Positions 23,512-37,609 are shown, counted from the first letter of the whole stretch. The stretch: DNA of 60,047 nt, filler included, from Circinaria calcarea (GCA_051942165.1; 8 parts of 8 records of this genome joined end to end with filler, not necessarily neighbours in it); one strand, 5' to 3'. A program made the numbers and translations. The notes: generated from the letters alone by a model not told the origin.

Positions 23512-26500
23512 TCATACGAGCATTTTCCAGCCCCGCGCCATCCACGGTGCTAGCATAATCGCTCGCTGTGCATCGGCTAGGCGGGTTGTTCCTGCATAGG
23601 CTTCTGATAAGGCTTCAGTATTTAGCGATCCTCTGGGCGGGACCGTAGCCACCGCTGTTAGCAGTGCCATATCAGCAGGGTGTGTCTCTTCATTTATTAG
23701 ATCGGCCAATTGGCTCCATCCATGAGGCTGGAACGGTGTCAACATTACCGCTGTTCTTGCCTCTGCCGTTTCGGCGTGATCAGTTGAAGCCGCTATACCT
23801 CTTAAGACTTGCTCGATCTTACGACGTTGCTGGCTGTCTACCTCCTCAGCTACCCTCAGGGTTTGCAAATCAGCTGCAACGGCTTCGATGGTATCTTTGT
23901 CATCATCCAATAACGCAATGACACCGAGAAGAGTAATAGAGCCAACATGGCCGGGATGCTTCTCCACGCAGTCGAAGAGTTGCTCTCGTGCCACATCACG
24001 CTCCTCTTTACCTCCTTTTGCCCATAGAACCTGTGCGAGTACGCAAACTGTATCAGGGTTCGCTTTTGTCTCCTCTAGCGCTGTTCGAAACATTGTGATT
24101 GCTTGGTCAATCTCTCCAGTATAGTGGTACGCTAGTCCTGCAGTGAGATGCGCCGATAATCGATATTTCCGACGCGCCAAGGGGTCGGGAGTGCCGCTGT
24201 CTTCATCGGCAGACAGATCTAAACAAGTTTCGGCGTTCTCCGCTGCCGCCGCAAAGTCAAGAACAGCAAGCTGAACGCGGGCTAGATCTGCTTTGGCTTG
24301 GGCAAAATGTGCGAGCGCCTCAGGAGATTCGGTAACCTCATACTCAGCTTCGACACTGTTGCAAACTGAGGTCAACACGGCTATCGCCTGAGGATAGTTA
24401 CCTATTCGCTCTGCGAAGAGAGAGGATAGGTGTTGAAGGATGACATCCGAACTAGCCTGGGACTTCAGCTGATGAAGTGCAAAGAGGGGCTGTATGAGAT
24501 CGAAGAGCTGATTGGTAGAGGCTTGAGAAGACAGAAGATGATCGAACGTCGACAATGAGTATTGCCGTTTCGCGATTAGTGATGACGAGTCAGAAATCTC
24601 AAACGCATGTGTGAATAAGCTTTGAGCCTCTTTTGCTTCTCCTAACAGCAGGGCTAGGATTGCCTGACCAAGCCAGGCATGAGCATAATCGGGATCAGCT
24701 GATTGTGCTCGTGTAAATGCGTCGTTTGCAAGCTGATAATCACTTTGAAGGAGATAAAGTGTGCCCAGATTCGTCCAAGCCCTGGCTGACTTGTCATTCA
24801 AGTATAGACTTCTGATAAAAGCATGCTGTGAGACCTTTGGATTCAACTGTGTTGTTACAATTCCAAGAGCATTCCAGAATTCCGAATTGCTGGCCTCCAA
24901 TTCTATGGCTCTTTTGAAACATCGAACAGAAGCCCGGAGGTACTTGACCGATTTCTTCCTCGAACCTGTTCTTAGGTCTCCAGTCAAACATACATGAGCT
25001 TTGTACTCGGTCCAACCCAGATTGAACCATGCCACTGCCTTGGCATAGATATCGTTAGCACAGACGTGAACGGCCCGTTTGTGGGCAAGAATGGCACTGC
25101 TCATGCATGAGGTGATGGATGTAGGCTTGCCATTCGTGTTTGATAGTTCCATGAGAGTTGCATATCCTATGTCGTCAACGTCGGCCAACAATCCATACAT
25201 TTCTGAGTTCGCCCCAAGCTCAAGCATTGAGTACACCTCTTCCGCAGGAAAATCAGGGACATAAGCCTGTACCCAAAAGAACATCGCACAGGCATCACCA
25301 ACAGCTTTCCACAGGTTGAAGGTTTTGGCACGATGCCCAGCTATGTTTTCAGCAATTCGGAACGATTCAATTGCGCTGCTTACAGCCCGTCCAAAGAATC
25401 CTAACTCAATGCTCCGCCATGCACTCTCAACATGTGTTTGAAGTAAGGCAATGGAAACGCCAAACTCGTTGGGCCTCGAGGCTAGTACAGCTTCATATCC
25501 CGCAATAGCCTTACCAAAGTCACCCAATTCTCTTCTAACATTAGCAAGCATATAGTTAGAGAACCATGTGTCATCTGGATTAACTCGGTCGACATTGCTG
25601 TCGAGCTTTTGCGCTTGCTCGAAAGCCCTTGTTGCTGCAATATACCGCCCGGAATTGTGATAACCTTCACCAAGCCCAACCCAGCAGTGGAAATCCTCAG
25701 GAGATATTCGAAGTGCTGACTGGAAAGAGACTATGCTTTTGGCATAATCCTGGTTGTTGAGCTGCACGACACCTAGAGCGGCGAAGGGCCAACTGAGCCC
25801 CTTCCTTTTAGAACCAGGAGGAGGCCTGACTCTTCCGGACTCAACGACACGTTGAGCTACGACTTCAACTAGATCCCACTCTGCTTGATCGGCGAACGCC
25901 CTTGCAAGGCGCTCGGCGGCTTCAACCTCTGATGCGGATAGCTCGAATGCCTTTTGAAAGCACTTCCGAGCGCGTTTCTTATCTCTAGCATAGTCAGCAT
26001 AGTATATACCAAGACTTGTGTACGCCGGTGCATAATTCAAGTTTGCCTGCAACGACGATAGGAAGCGGGCGTAAGCTCCATTTCGATCTTTACGCGCAGA
26101 CTTTGAAGTATCCAAATTCCACAAGCATACCCCAATGCGATACAGTGTTTGTGATTTTAGTTCTTTGGTACGCACGTCAGATGCATTCATCTCCTTCACA
26201 CAGGATTCGAGCTCATGTAGACCTGCCTCATTATCACCGTTGAGAGCCGTGCACCATGCCTTTTCCGCTTTTATTTTGACATCTGGACTGCGCTTCAAGG
26301 CACGATCTAGGAAATCTGCCGCACCCTGATAATCCTCTTCCTCCTCAAGAATCAGACCTACACCGATGAGAGCCGATGTATCCTGCGGTTTACGTAGAAG
26401 GATATCCTCGAAAAGTGCTCTAGCTTCAGGGTGGTTCCGAGGGGCTTCGTGTTGAACAAGGGCTGTACCTAGTATGAGGTTGACGGCATCACGAGTGTCT

Positions 26501-27821
26501 CGAAATGGCAATCCAGAGATTTCGGTTTCTAGGGCTATTAGATCCCGAGCCTTCTTTGCAGCATCAACTGCGCTCGAATACTCTTCCAAGTAAAGGAAAT
26601 ATTCTCCCACAAGACGCTGTGACATTACTGATGTTGAGCTTTCTTCCACACCTTCGGTCATCAGGAGTAATCGATCATCAGTGTTCATTAACGATGACCC
26701 GTCTTCTTGGTTTTCTTCCGTATCGGCGATCTTGTCGGGCTTAGGGAATGGAGAAATCTCACTCTGAAGATAAGCCCTTAGTACCTTACTCAATCCATCG
26801 TCCGGAAACAGCTCCGTATATTCTCGCAATAATCCGGAATCCCATTCTTCTACTTTTTCTGCATCCTTCCATTCAAGGACAATCCTCCACGCCAGTGCAA
26901 AAGGATGCTTTAAAATTACGAGGCCTTGCGCAAGCTTCTGCACTTGCTCACGTTTCTCCAACTTCCGCTGATATGGAAGTACTAACAGCGTGTCATAGGC
27001 ACGCTGTAACAGCTTCTCCTCGTATAAACGACGCAACTCGTCATCACCGGTCCAATCGATGATGCAGTTATAAAGATGCTCCAGGTTGCTACCTTCCAAG
27101 ACCTCCCTCTTGACCTCGGCCGTGACTTGGGCAATCTTGGCTCCTAGTCTTGTACGACGCTCTCCAATCTCCTTGTAGATCCGTTCCTTCTCTTCAGCCT
27201 CGACAATCTCCACCACTTTCGTATACGTGTAGGCTGGATTTGGTACTCGCCCTTCAAGAAAGTCGTACAAGGAACTAGTTGGTAGCATCACCTCCAGTGC
27301 CTCCTTGTATTGCGTTCTTGTACCGTGCATTTTTGCGTATCCAACGTACTTGTCCACTACAGTCTGACACCGGGTCTTATCATCCCTGTATCCTCCCGTC
27401 TATCAGCCGGAGCCCTTCTTCACCTCTCCAGATACCGAATCCGAGCCACATACAATCCCATGAAGATCTCTGCCAGCCGTATAGCTGCTGTCCGGTACTC
27501 ATTGAGCTTCTTGCCAGCCTGCTTTTCATAAAGAGCGATGAGCCCTTGCCAAACCAAAGGATCCTTTGGTTTGATATCAGTGGCCCTACTGTAAACCTTC
27601 TCGGATTCGTCGACTTTGTCCTGCTTGTCAAGCGCAAGACCCAGGAAAACATGTCTACAACCTTTTAGTTTCATGAATAAGTAAGACAGCACGAGGACGA
27701 ACGCATGATAATTCTTGGGATCTATTTCAAGCACCTTTTCGGCATGTTTGACGGCTTCATCGTATTGATGTGCATCTAAAGCAGCTTTGGCAGCCTTCAG
27801 AGCAACTTTAGTAGTGGACAT
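23512..27821 (-). CDS. SKI3: Ski3/TTC37 TPR subunit of the SKI complex
   Basis: MSTTKVALKAAK..IDPKNY, LVWQGL, a TPR-rich 1281-aa ORF (KKRARKCFQKAFEL..; QRAIMLAPW). Two introns near the 5' end. Confidence 0.92.
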
Positions 27822-28318
27822 ATTGGAGCCGTTTGCTCAATGAGCTCGACTTTTGCAAATGACTGCGCCGGCTGCGTGAAAGTCAACTTGCTTTCCAATG
27901 CACCTTAAGACTCCGGCCAGCCAAAGCCTAAAAGTAAGATAATTACTATGATTGTTTGACGAGCTCCGTCAACAGTGAAATGTTTATCGGCAATTTTATG
28001 ATAATGGCCAATACACCCAAATCAGATGATCGACCGCGAGGTATGAAGACCATCACACGTCATGAGCCCAGAGTAACCTTACCTACTTAAATCGACACAC
28101 GACCGTATACACACACTCTATTCGTATCCCTTATCCATCTATATCTTGTGCTCTTAACCAGTACGCATCATCTGTCGTAACCAGCCAGTCGCTGATAAAC
28201 TTCCACTCGTACAGTTGTGACTCGAGAGCGAACAACCAAGCGAGCATCAGAGAGATCGTGGCGTCAATACTCAGCCGGATTCTTTTCGGACTCCTCTACC
28301 TAAAGTGTTACCAATACG

Positions 28319-29990
28319 ATGGCGCCTCTCCGATTGCGAGTCGAGGGCAGAGTATTTCGGGACTCTAAGAATCGGGAGGTTACATTAAGGGGCATCAACT
28401 GTGCTGGCGACTCCAAAAACCCTTCTACACCGGACTTACCTTCGCATCTTCTAGAACACTTTTTTGAGGGTGATGATGTTTCCTTCGTGGGGAGACCTTT
28501 CTCCGTTGATGAAGCCCACGTGCATTTTTCGAGACTAAAGAGATTTGGCTATAACACTTTGAGATATATCTTCACCTGGGAGGCGGTTGAACATTCTGGA
28601 CCGGGACGATACGACGAGGAATGGATACAACATACAATCCAAGTGTTGAGGATAGCCAAGGATTATGGATTCTATATCATCATGGACCCTCATCAGGATG
28701 TATGGTCGAGGTTTACTGGCGGGTCTGGCGCTCCTCTGTGGACACTCTACGCCGTTGGCTTAGATCCGCATAAGTTCGCTGCTACCCAAGCTGCTATGGT
28801 GCACAGTACCTCCAAGGACCCTGCGAGCTATCCGAAAATGATATGGTCGACCAACTATACTCGCCTGGCATGTCAGGTGCTCTTCACCTTGTTCTTCGCA
28901 GGTCGGGATTTCGCACCGAAAGCAATTATTAACGGTAAAAACATCCAAGACTACCTTCAAGAACACTTTCTTAACGCTTGTCGGCACCTTGCGCAACGCA
29001 TACATGAGGCGGGGGATCTCGAGAATGAAGTAGTGATTGGCTGGGAAAGTATGAACGAGCCCAATAGGGGTTTGGTAGGCTGGTCGGATCTGTCTACAAT
29101 TCCAACCGAGCAGAAGCTACAAAAGGGTACTTCTCCAACAGCTTGGCAAGCTATCCTGACAGGATCAGGCAGAGCGTGTGAGATTGATACCTGGGATTTT
29201 GGGGGCCTTGGACCATACAAATCAGGCACTGAGCTGGTCGACCCGAAGGGCGAATCAGCATGGCTATCTGCTGACTATGACGATTCAAGATATGACTGGA
29301 AGCGAGATCCGGGCTGGAAACTTGGAGAGTGCCTTTGGGCGCAACATGGTATCTGGGACCCAGCGAGTGATCAGTTATTGAAGAAGGACTATTTTGCAAG
29401 GCATCCGCAAACCGGAAAGAAGATTGATTATGAATACTTTACGAACACTTACTTCATGGAGCATTATAGAAAGTATCGAGTCGCTTTAGGGGCCGTGCAT
29501 TCGTATGCTATATTTTTCTGCCAACCGCCGGTACTGGAGATACCACCCTTATTGAAGGGTACCGCAGATGATGATCCAAATATGGTCTATGCCCCTCATT
29601 ACTACGACGGTGTGACATTAATGACAAAGAAATGGTAAGCCTATGCAAATATGAAAATCCCTGTACCCAGTATAGCTAACCAAAGTCAAGGAACCGATTC
29701 TGGAATGTTGATGTCTTTGGATTACTACGCGGGAGGTACTATTCTCCAGCTTTCGCTATCAAGATCGGTGAGACAGCGATCAGGAACTGCCTTCGCGATC
29801 AGTTGTCTGCAATGAGGAAAGAAGGCATAGATTTCATGGGGAACCATCCATGCGTATTCACGGAGATTGGGATTCCCTACGACATGGATGACAAGTATGC
29901 CTACAAGACCGGCGACTACACCAGCCAGATATCCGCCATGGATGCCAATCATTTTGCACTGGAGGGTTGTGGTGCGAACGGATTCACTCT
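28319..29990 (+). CDS. GH5 endoglycoceramidase-related / steryl-beta-glucosidase (Egh1/EGCrP2-like), 3'-truncated
   Basis: LRGINCAGDSK, VSFVGRPF, WEAVEH.GPG.YD, DPHQDVWSR, acid/base motif MNEP, nucleophile motif FTEIGIPYDM. Intron at about 29636-29690. Confidence 0.88.
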
Positions 29991-30090
29991 NNNNNNNNNN
30001 NNNNNNNNNNNNNNNNNNNNNNNNNNNNNNNNNNTTAATTAATTAANNNNNNNNNNNNNNNNNNNNNNNNNNNNNNNNNNNNNNNNNNNN
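29991..30090. other. Artificial contig linker
   Basis: 44 N + TTAATTAATTAA + 44 N. Confidence 0.99.
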
Positions 30091-31984
30091 CCCAACAGCG
30101 GGATTGCATATTTGAAAGGTAGTTCTAAAAAGTAAGTCGATCTCTGGTCTTTCTTAGGATCCGAGACGCGAAGCGCTTTTCTTTGATATCCAAAGCGATT
30201 CCATTCATCGGCAAGTAGCATGGCAGTGTAAAGACCGTTATAGGCGAGATATAGGATTGATAGTAGCAGTTGGGGTAAATTCGCAATCAGAACGTTAGCG
30301 ATCAGTCCAGTTGTACCGACAGAAGGGACTCTCCAGCCAACAACCATAGCCTTAGCCGTTACGGCACCAAAGCCGATTTTCCAGAGCGCTCCCACACTAA
30401 GCGGGCTGTCCTCTGAATGAATAGAATACCCAGCGAACACACTCAACAATGCTAAAGTCACTATAAACCTAGGCAAATATTAGTAAGTAATTCCCTAGTA
30501 AATAGATATGTCCTCACAAAAAATTGCAAGCCATCCACCTCGTTTCGGATGCTCCATGTAACCACCGTCGAGAAGGTGCATGCCACTTTCTGGATCTCAA
30601 AAGTGGCCATAAATAGACGAAACCCGAATGATTTGTAGATTGGCAGTCAGCTACTGAGGTGAGGCATCTGCCTTGCGTATATACATCTGGAGAATCTAAA
30701 AAGGAAGCAACAGCGTCACCAATGGTAATTAAGGGTGGCTTTCTGTAAGCAAAAAGTACCGTCACCATCGAGATCGCCTTCAAGAAATTGCATAAAATCA
30801 CCACGATCATGATTTGGATGCTGAATTGAACTTTACATTGCTCGTCTACCTGCTGACTTAAGCAATACCCAATCTTTACAGATGAACTCCAGTATACAGT
30901 CCATCCACTTGTATTGGTAGCGATGATACCACTGGGATACCCGCATCGAGTTGGCTCATAGCCGTAACCAGAGGAAGTACTATTGATCCAGTAGTGGGTG
31001 TTACTTCCAGTATGTTCGTCTGTAGTCGAGATATTATACCTAATAACCTCGTTGGAGCCGATGCAGGCTGTTTCAGAAACCAACACGACATCTCGCCGGC
31101 GTGTAATAAACTCTTGGCTGTATTCCCGGATACATTCTTTGTTTTCAAGCCTCTCCATTGTATTCAAACGATTGAGAGTACCTATAGCGAGATCATCTGA
31201 ACTTATCTCTTCGAAGTCGCTGTGAACAGCATAATTATTTGCCTTTTCATATCCGCTCACGTTCTGTGCATTGTCGCTTTTGATAAACGATTCGGGGGCA
31301 GTGACAACCATGTATTCGTTTGTTACTATTGTGGAGAAAACCGCTGAGTTATACCTAGGGAATTCGTTAGATACAAACCTTGCCGAATGATGTGAATAAA
31401 TGTAATATCAGATATAGCAACCAAATTCGAATCTCAACTAGTGGAAACTAAAATAAGGCTTACATGAGATGCATTAAAACAGAGCTGCATCCAAGACACC
31501 ACCACAAAACCAGCCGTTTTTTGCCCAATCGCCATATATTACGAATGCCTGGGATGCCAATATCAAGCCAAGTGTGTTTTGCATGCGCTATATTTACGTC
31601 CTCTCGGGTTGGCGATGAGAGACATTGCATAGCATAATTACTTGCCCCGAGTAAAAGAGCACTTAGAGCATTAATGGCCAATTGTATCCAAAGCGTCAAT
31701 GACTTTGATTTCGTGCAGCTGCCTTGGTAGATTATACCGAATCCATCGGATGTGTCGAATGTTCTCTGTCCCCATACCGCAACACTAACGTTGATAAGGA
31801 GAACGACCGTGGATATTGTTGCACCGGTCAACACCCCAGCTCGCCATCCGTTAGGAAATTTACGACCCCATCTTTGTATGCCAGAAACCGGGCGCGGTGG
31901 TAGTGGCTTCGAGCTTAAGAGGTTATTGTCCCTTAAAAGTGGTACACTTGGATAACCGGGTAGATCGCGGACAGAGTAATGCAT
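30091..31984 (-). CDS. DUF6536-type multi-pass membrane protein, 3'-truncated
   Basis: LAINALSALLLGASNYAMQCLSSPTREDV..AH..WLDIG, TIGDAVASFL..PD, ANLPQLLLS..RSTYFL. Three exons. Confidence 0.8.
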
Positions 31985-33683
31985 TGGGCTGCTTTCACAT
32001 CGTTAGCCCAAAGCCAGGTTATAAACACGGAATCGTGGAGCCAACTTATAAGGTTTCAGCTCTGTCAGAGAATCCTCACCAAAGTGAGCGTTTGCAGGAC
32101 AAATACGGTCATACTCTGAATGAGAGACCATGGCGTGTCTGCTTAATCTGGGTAGTTTGTTGAGAGCATGGGGAAAGACCAGCTCTTAAGCATGACTAGC
32201 AAATTAATAGAACTTAACACAACAGCAAGACAGTGGCCGAGGCTCCTAACACACCGGCTGTACAGCCCGGCGGCGACATCATACCTGCCTAGTCTCTATC
32301 TATCAAAGACTATACAACTGACAGGATTCCTTGTCCGTAACACCGCTCTTGTTCATCGCCCAATTGTTTTCGATTATTTTATGCGGAAGGCATCCTGCAT
32401 GAATGGCACGGCCCTCCGATATTTGAAGCCTGCCAGACAAGGCCGAGCACTGCCATCGAGGCTGGAAGAACATGTCAAGGCTCTCTTCAGCCTTCTTCTC
32501 GATGCAGGTTACTTGGTAGAGATTGGTTCCCGGGATACCCGTTACATGCTACCGGGGCGTACTTCTCATGGGTTTGCACAGCAAAGCTTACGAAGCCGAG
32601 CTGAGTGTCATGGAATCCAGTGCCTCATGCACAAATTCTCCTGTACAATGTAGGAAGTATTACTTCCCATGTGATCGATGCACCAAGCAGGTTGACGAAG
32701 TTTATTACGCCGTGATGGGCTAAGCCCGTTCCGTAATTCTATTCCTAGAAAACACCATACGAGCTCGAAAGTTCAGGTGTACTTTGCCCATGCAGCATCT
32801 CCTTGAATACCGAGAGGATCTGACGGATAGTTTTACCGTATGCTGGGGTTTCTTTGCCACCCCAGAATATCTTGATAAAGGCTTAATCGACGGGCTGGTT
32901 CTTTACGGGAGTACGGAGTACTCAAATTCTCCTATTCCCAACCGCTTACTACATGATTCCCACTCAGCTATAAACCGTTTTTCTCCTCGCTTTGGCACGT
33001 GCTCTGGCTTGCTCTCCGACTGGAACCCAGCATACTTTTCACTACCGGCAACCGCGACTCCCATTCATCTCGAAGGAAACGGTTTATCCAAAGCTTGTGC
33101 CACCTTCATCAGACCTACCCTGTCAGTCCCTGTTAGGCAAAATTGGCTGATGGGGAAAAACACCGTCAAAATCCATAATTATCACAATGGCACATTTGCC
33201 TAATTGAACTTTCATCGCAACGCGACCCTCCCGTCAACCTCGAGACTTGGACTCGACGGAGGCCTACAGCATATACCATCCTAGATATATTCGCTATGTA
33301 ACCAAAAGCCTTGATTTCATCCTCTTCGCATCCTTGTTAGATGATACTAATATGAATGGTCAATAGCTATCTAGTACAGTTCTCGAGTCCTTCGTCCAGA
33401 CATCCTGCACCAATCGCACTAATGATCCACACGACCTTAGCAGCTATACAAACGACATGACTTCCTGTTCAACTTACGTATAAAAAAGTTGATCCATCAT
33501 TATGCTTCATGCAATATCCTCCACCACAGTCTTCACAGGTTCTCTGCGTTGCTTTGTTACATTCCTGACACAGTTTACCACACTCGAAGCAGTCGCGCTG
33601 GAAAAATCCCTCGTCAGCGTCCTTTCCTCGAAATTATTGTCGTGGTATTGCCCCAGACTGAGCTCTCTAGCATCAATCGAGTT

Positions 33684-34973
33684 CTAGCCCCACATGCCGC
33701 CTTCCCCTGCTCCAACCAGCATCTCCTGTACAAGGCAATCTTCAACGCAAAGGCCGTTATGTACCTTGATACCCATGAGTCCTTTCCTTTCCCTGTTCTC
33801 CAACTGCTGCATGTAGGTATATGTCCCAGTCTGCGGGATCTCGTAACAATTCTCACACCAAAACTTCTTACACCCTTCACAGTAACGGTTGGATATGCAG
33901 CCCTCACATCGTGCAAGGAAGGGTATATCGGTAGTAGATACACCATGAGCGGAAACCCTTTGAGCAGCAGTGACACGGGATGAGTGTAATGGTGGTGGTG
34001 AAAGAAGTGGAAGATCATATGGAGTGGTTTCACCTCCATATCGGGCCAGACCTTCGGGTGCGGAATGACAGACTTGGCAGCCAGTACGTCCTAGAGCAAT
34101 GGTTGCAATCTCTGGCCGCCCCGTCTTCTCATGGTAAGGTCCTCGGCATAGGACTGCATCAAAAGCTATGATGCTTTGACAAAGGCGCAAAGTCTCTGCC
34201 CATTCAATGGCACTTGCATTCACTGTTGCATGTAGCCTTATTACTTGCCCAGATGCTTCATACCACGAGTCTGGACTAGTCCTCAAAGCCGTTGACAGAG
34301 CCTGCTGCGATCGCTGATTCCATTGCATTCCCAACTGCGCACCGATTGACGTAGTAACACCGCGACCGGAAGAGTGAGTAATGTCTGAAGCAGGGTTGGG
34401 AACCGATTGTGCCGGAATTTCCATATCACCGAATAAATAGAGTCCTTTGAGTTTTGGGGTTCCGCTGGGTCGATCTCGGCGGACAGCGTATTTCAAGACT
34501 TGCATAAGCTTTGATGAATTCAAATTCTTGACCCTTCTAATCGAAAGGATACGAACGTTGTAGCTATTGTCGCAGATGATCTCATGAATGATGTCTGCCG
34601 TTACAGGGAACCCGTCCAAGACAAGGGTGTGAACATCTCGCAGGACACCCTTCCTTTGGAGAAAGGAGAAATTTCCTCGCAACGGTCCTGTAATGAATTC
34701 GTCTTCACTTAAGGCTTCATCCATGCGTACATTTCGCCAGACCTCGCCTCCAGCATCAATTGGAGCGAGAGAAACTCTGTGTTTGGTTCTCGACAAGTCC
34801 ACATAGCGAAAGACATTTGGCGTGTCATATATCAAACTTTTGAAGCATTTGGCAGTAGCTGCTAAGTGGAGCAAGCTAGATATTGGTAAATATGGACATG
34901 TCTGATATAGAATGAGAGTATTGGACAATAACTCCAGAAGGGAGACCGGAAGAGAGGAAGCATCAAACGCCAT
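33684..34973 (-). CDS. Conserved fungal protein with F-box-like N-terminus and Cys-rich C-terminus
   Basis: 429-aa ORF: LLELLSNTLILYQTCPYLP..LAAT..FRYVDLS, LVLDG, and CxxC clusters at the C-terminus. Confidence 0.7.
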   Translation of the reverse strand: MAFDASSLPVSLLELLSNTLILYQTCPYLPISSLLHLAATAKCFKSLIYDTPNVFRYVDLSRTKHRVSLAPIDAGGEVWRNVRMDEALSEDEFITGPLRGNFSFLQRKGVLRDVHTLVLDGFPVTADIIHEIICDNSYNVRILSIRRVKNLNSSKLMQVLKYAVRRDRPSGTPKLKGLYLFGDMEIPAQSVPNPASDITHSSGRGVTTSIGAQLGMQWNQRSQQALSTALRTSPDSWYEASGQVIRLHATVNASAIEWAETLRLCQSIIAFDAVLCRGPYHEKTGRPEIATIALGRTGCQVCHSAPEGLARYGGETTPYDLPLLSPPPLHSSRVTAAQRVSAHGVSTTDIPFLARCEGCISNRYCEGCKKFWCENCYEIPQTGTYTYMQQLENRERKGLMGIKVHNGLCVEDCLVQEMLVGAGEGGMWG

Positions 34974-35322
34974 CTCCGGCTATGGGAATGAAATCGACGA
35001 TACGCTGCGAGTAATATGAATACCTGAGATGTTGGATGTATTGAACGGATGGTTCTCAACATCCTAAGGTAAACAATCTTGGCGTAAAAGCGCCGCACAA
35101 TACGGGACTTGTAGTCCACCGTAAAAAGCCTTCCGTAGGCAGCTGTGAAACTGTTCTACCAGCCACAAGTCTTCTAAAATTTAACAATCTAACGTTCAAC
35201 CTCTAATAGACACCCAGACATTCGTCAATAAATAATTACGCGTTGGGCAGATACCTGAGCTTTCCGCTTGTCAAATTCCGGACCTGTTTCCCTCTGCTGC
35301 ACACCCTCCTCCATAGGCCACC

Positions 35323-36355
35323 ATGGCCCAATTCTATTCTCAATCAAATCCACAACAAAGCCCCTACTCCGCCCAGAACCTCCAATTCTACCCTTCCTCA
35401 TATGCCGCCCCCGTCTCCGGTCATTCTACTCCCGCGCAAGCCCAATACAATTCCTACGGCGGAAGCTCCGCTCAACAATCCAATCAAGCATATCCTAGCT
35501 CCAATTCAGGATATGGGTTCATGTCGTCGCCGAGCTTTGGCGCTCCATCACAAGGGGTCAGTGGGAGGATGGGAGAACAGGGAGGGCTGAGAACGGGATG
35601 GTTAGCTGCGTTTGGAACAGAAGGATATGAGGGGGAGCCGCCGTTGTTGGAGGAGTTGGGAGTGAACTTTGGGCATATCAAAGTCAAGGTGAGGGGCTTC
35701 GCGCTTTCACACCAGTTCAATGCCTCCAAGGTATACTCCAAGCTGACACCTTCCCACTTCAACCCAGACCCTCACGGTCCTCAACCCCATCGCCCGCATA
35801 GACCAACACATAATGGACGACTCCGACCTCGCCGGCCCCATCCTCTTCTTCGCCCTCTTCGGCGCCTTCCTCCTCCTCTCCGGAAAACTCCACTTCGGCT
35901 ACATCTATGGCCTAGCCGCCATCGGCTCCATCTCCCTGCATAACATCTTCGCCCTCATGTCGAACCCGCTCATCGACTCCGCCTCCATCGCGTCGCCCGG
36001 CATGATGGGCATGGGCCACCATGAGCACCAGCAGGAGACCATGGGCAGCGGGGACACGCTGACATTTTTCAAAAGCGCGAGTGTGCTGGGGTACTGTTTG
36101 CTGCCGCTCGTGTTGACGAGTTTGGTCGGGGTGGTGCTGCCGATGGATACGCTGGTGGGATATGTACTCACATGCGCGGCGGTGAGTTGGTGCACGTACA
36201 GCAGCAGCGGGATGTTTTGCGCCGTGGGGCGGATGAAGAGTATGCGGCCGTTAGTGGCATATCCGTTGATGTTATTCTACGTCGGGTTCGGGATTATGGG
36301 GATCTTCTCGAGTAGGGGGAGTGGGAGTTTGGCGGAGAAGGCCGGTGGTAGATGA
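35323..36355 (+). CDS. YIP1: Yip1 (ER-Golgi membrane protein)
   Basis: GWLAAFGT..EPPLLEELGVNFGHI, intron 35689-35767, MDDSDLAGP, SVLGYCLLP. Confidence 0.93.
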
Positions 36356-36744
36356 GATTTGGGGAACGGAATACGAGCAGATTTACAAGCGTATAGCTTC
36401 AAGTAGATAACGAGACTATGAATGACCCCTTGAATGAACGACTCCAAGGACAACGCCCTAATAAGATACTTGATACTAAACGTCAAAGTACAAGATGTAT
36501 GTATACTATCAACCGGCAGCCTCCTCGGCCCGAAATCAAATACTGCCTAATCGAGGTTTTCTGCACATCATCGTTGAACATCGAGGCATGATATACAACG
36601 GGAGGCCTCCGGAAACATATTCATTCTAAAATAATCTATCTATACACATGATACCAAACGCCAGTAACGGCTTCCCTCCTCTTTCAAACAGCCATTCTCA
36701 TAACCCATCACGGTTCTGCCCCAACGCCAACAACATGAGCATCT

Positions 36745-37509
36745 TCACCGACGCGCCGCCTCCGCTTTCGTGGGAGCCCAGTTCGCCAACCACGCCCTCG
36801 CCTTTGCCAAATCCCCATTCTCCGCCTCCAAGGCAGCAACGCACCACCGCAAGTCGTACCCAGCGCCTCTACCTCCACTCCCGCCGTCTGTGGCACTCCC
36901 GCCTTCAGCAGCAAGCATCTCGGCGAGTATCCGCCTCTTCTGACTGGCCTCGTCTGTACAAAAATGTAACGGGCTTCTTTGATCTTTTAGTTTCTCAAGG
37001 ACGGGCTTTGTTAGTGCCAAAGCCTCCTTCGAGCCTACTACCTGCTCGGGTCTTTCCAACTCAAGGTATTTACGCCCCGTTTTACAAAATTCATTCCTGC
37101 ACCAGTCTTTGCCGCATCCAGTGAGGAACTGCGTTAGATACCTTCGCTCCACTCGCCGCCTCAACGCTTTGCCTTCAGGATCGAACGAGGAGTTGTATAG
37201 TGGCCCAAAGCAGACATCGCAGAGACTTAGATCATTACGGCTAGGTTGCTGTCTCTTGATCTCCCCATTCGAACTCACACCGTCAAGCGTACGCCCGCAG
37301 TTAACATTCCTGCATATTCTCGGGGCGGGTCTGGATAGTCGTTCAAGGTCATGGTGCTTGAGATGCGTGGCCATATCGCGAAGTCGGATGATCTTGCCGC
37401 ACAAGTGACATTCGGTGGTTCGGGCTCCATCGCTCAGCTCGTGAGGCGTGAGACCCGAGAGGACGACTTCTGGATCTGAGGGGCTCGGATCATCGGGGCC
37501 TTGCTGAGG
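36745..37509 (-). CDS. C-terminus of a Ufd1-like zinc-finger protein with AZUL-like and UBA-like elements, 5'-truncated
   Basis: GLTPHELSDGARTTECHLC, RRYLTQFLTGCGKDWCRNEFCKTG (AZUL-like), WCVAALEAENGDLAKARAWL (UBA-like). The Ufd1 domain itself is not in the window. Confidence 0.7.
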   Translation of the reverse strand, partial: PQQGPDDPSPSDPEVVLSGLTPHELSDGARTTECHLCGKIIRLRDMATHLKHHDLERLSRPAPRICRNVNCGRTLDGVSSNGEIKRQQPSRNDLSLCDVCFGPLYNSSFDPEGKALRRRVERRYLTQFLTGCGKDWCRNEFCKTGRKYLELERPEQVVGSKEALALTKPVLEKLKDQRSPLHFCTDEASQKRRILAEMLAAEGGSATDGGSGGRGAGYDLRWCVAALEAENGDLAKARAWLANWAPTKAEAARR

Positions 37510-37609
37510 NNNNNNNNNNNNNNNNNNNNNNNNNNNNNNNNNNNNNNNNNNNNTTAATTAATTAANNNNNNNNNNNNNNNNNNNNNNNNNNNNNNNNNNN
37601 NNNNNNNNN
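37510..37609. other. Artificial contig linker
   Basis: 44 N + TTAATTAATTAA + 44 N. Confidence 0.99.

Noticed and set aside
32100..33450. ORFs of 139-161 aa, possibly a decayed gene
   Set aside because: No family could be assigned by eye.
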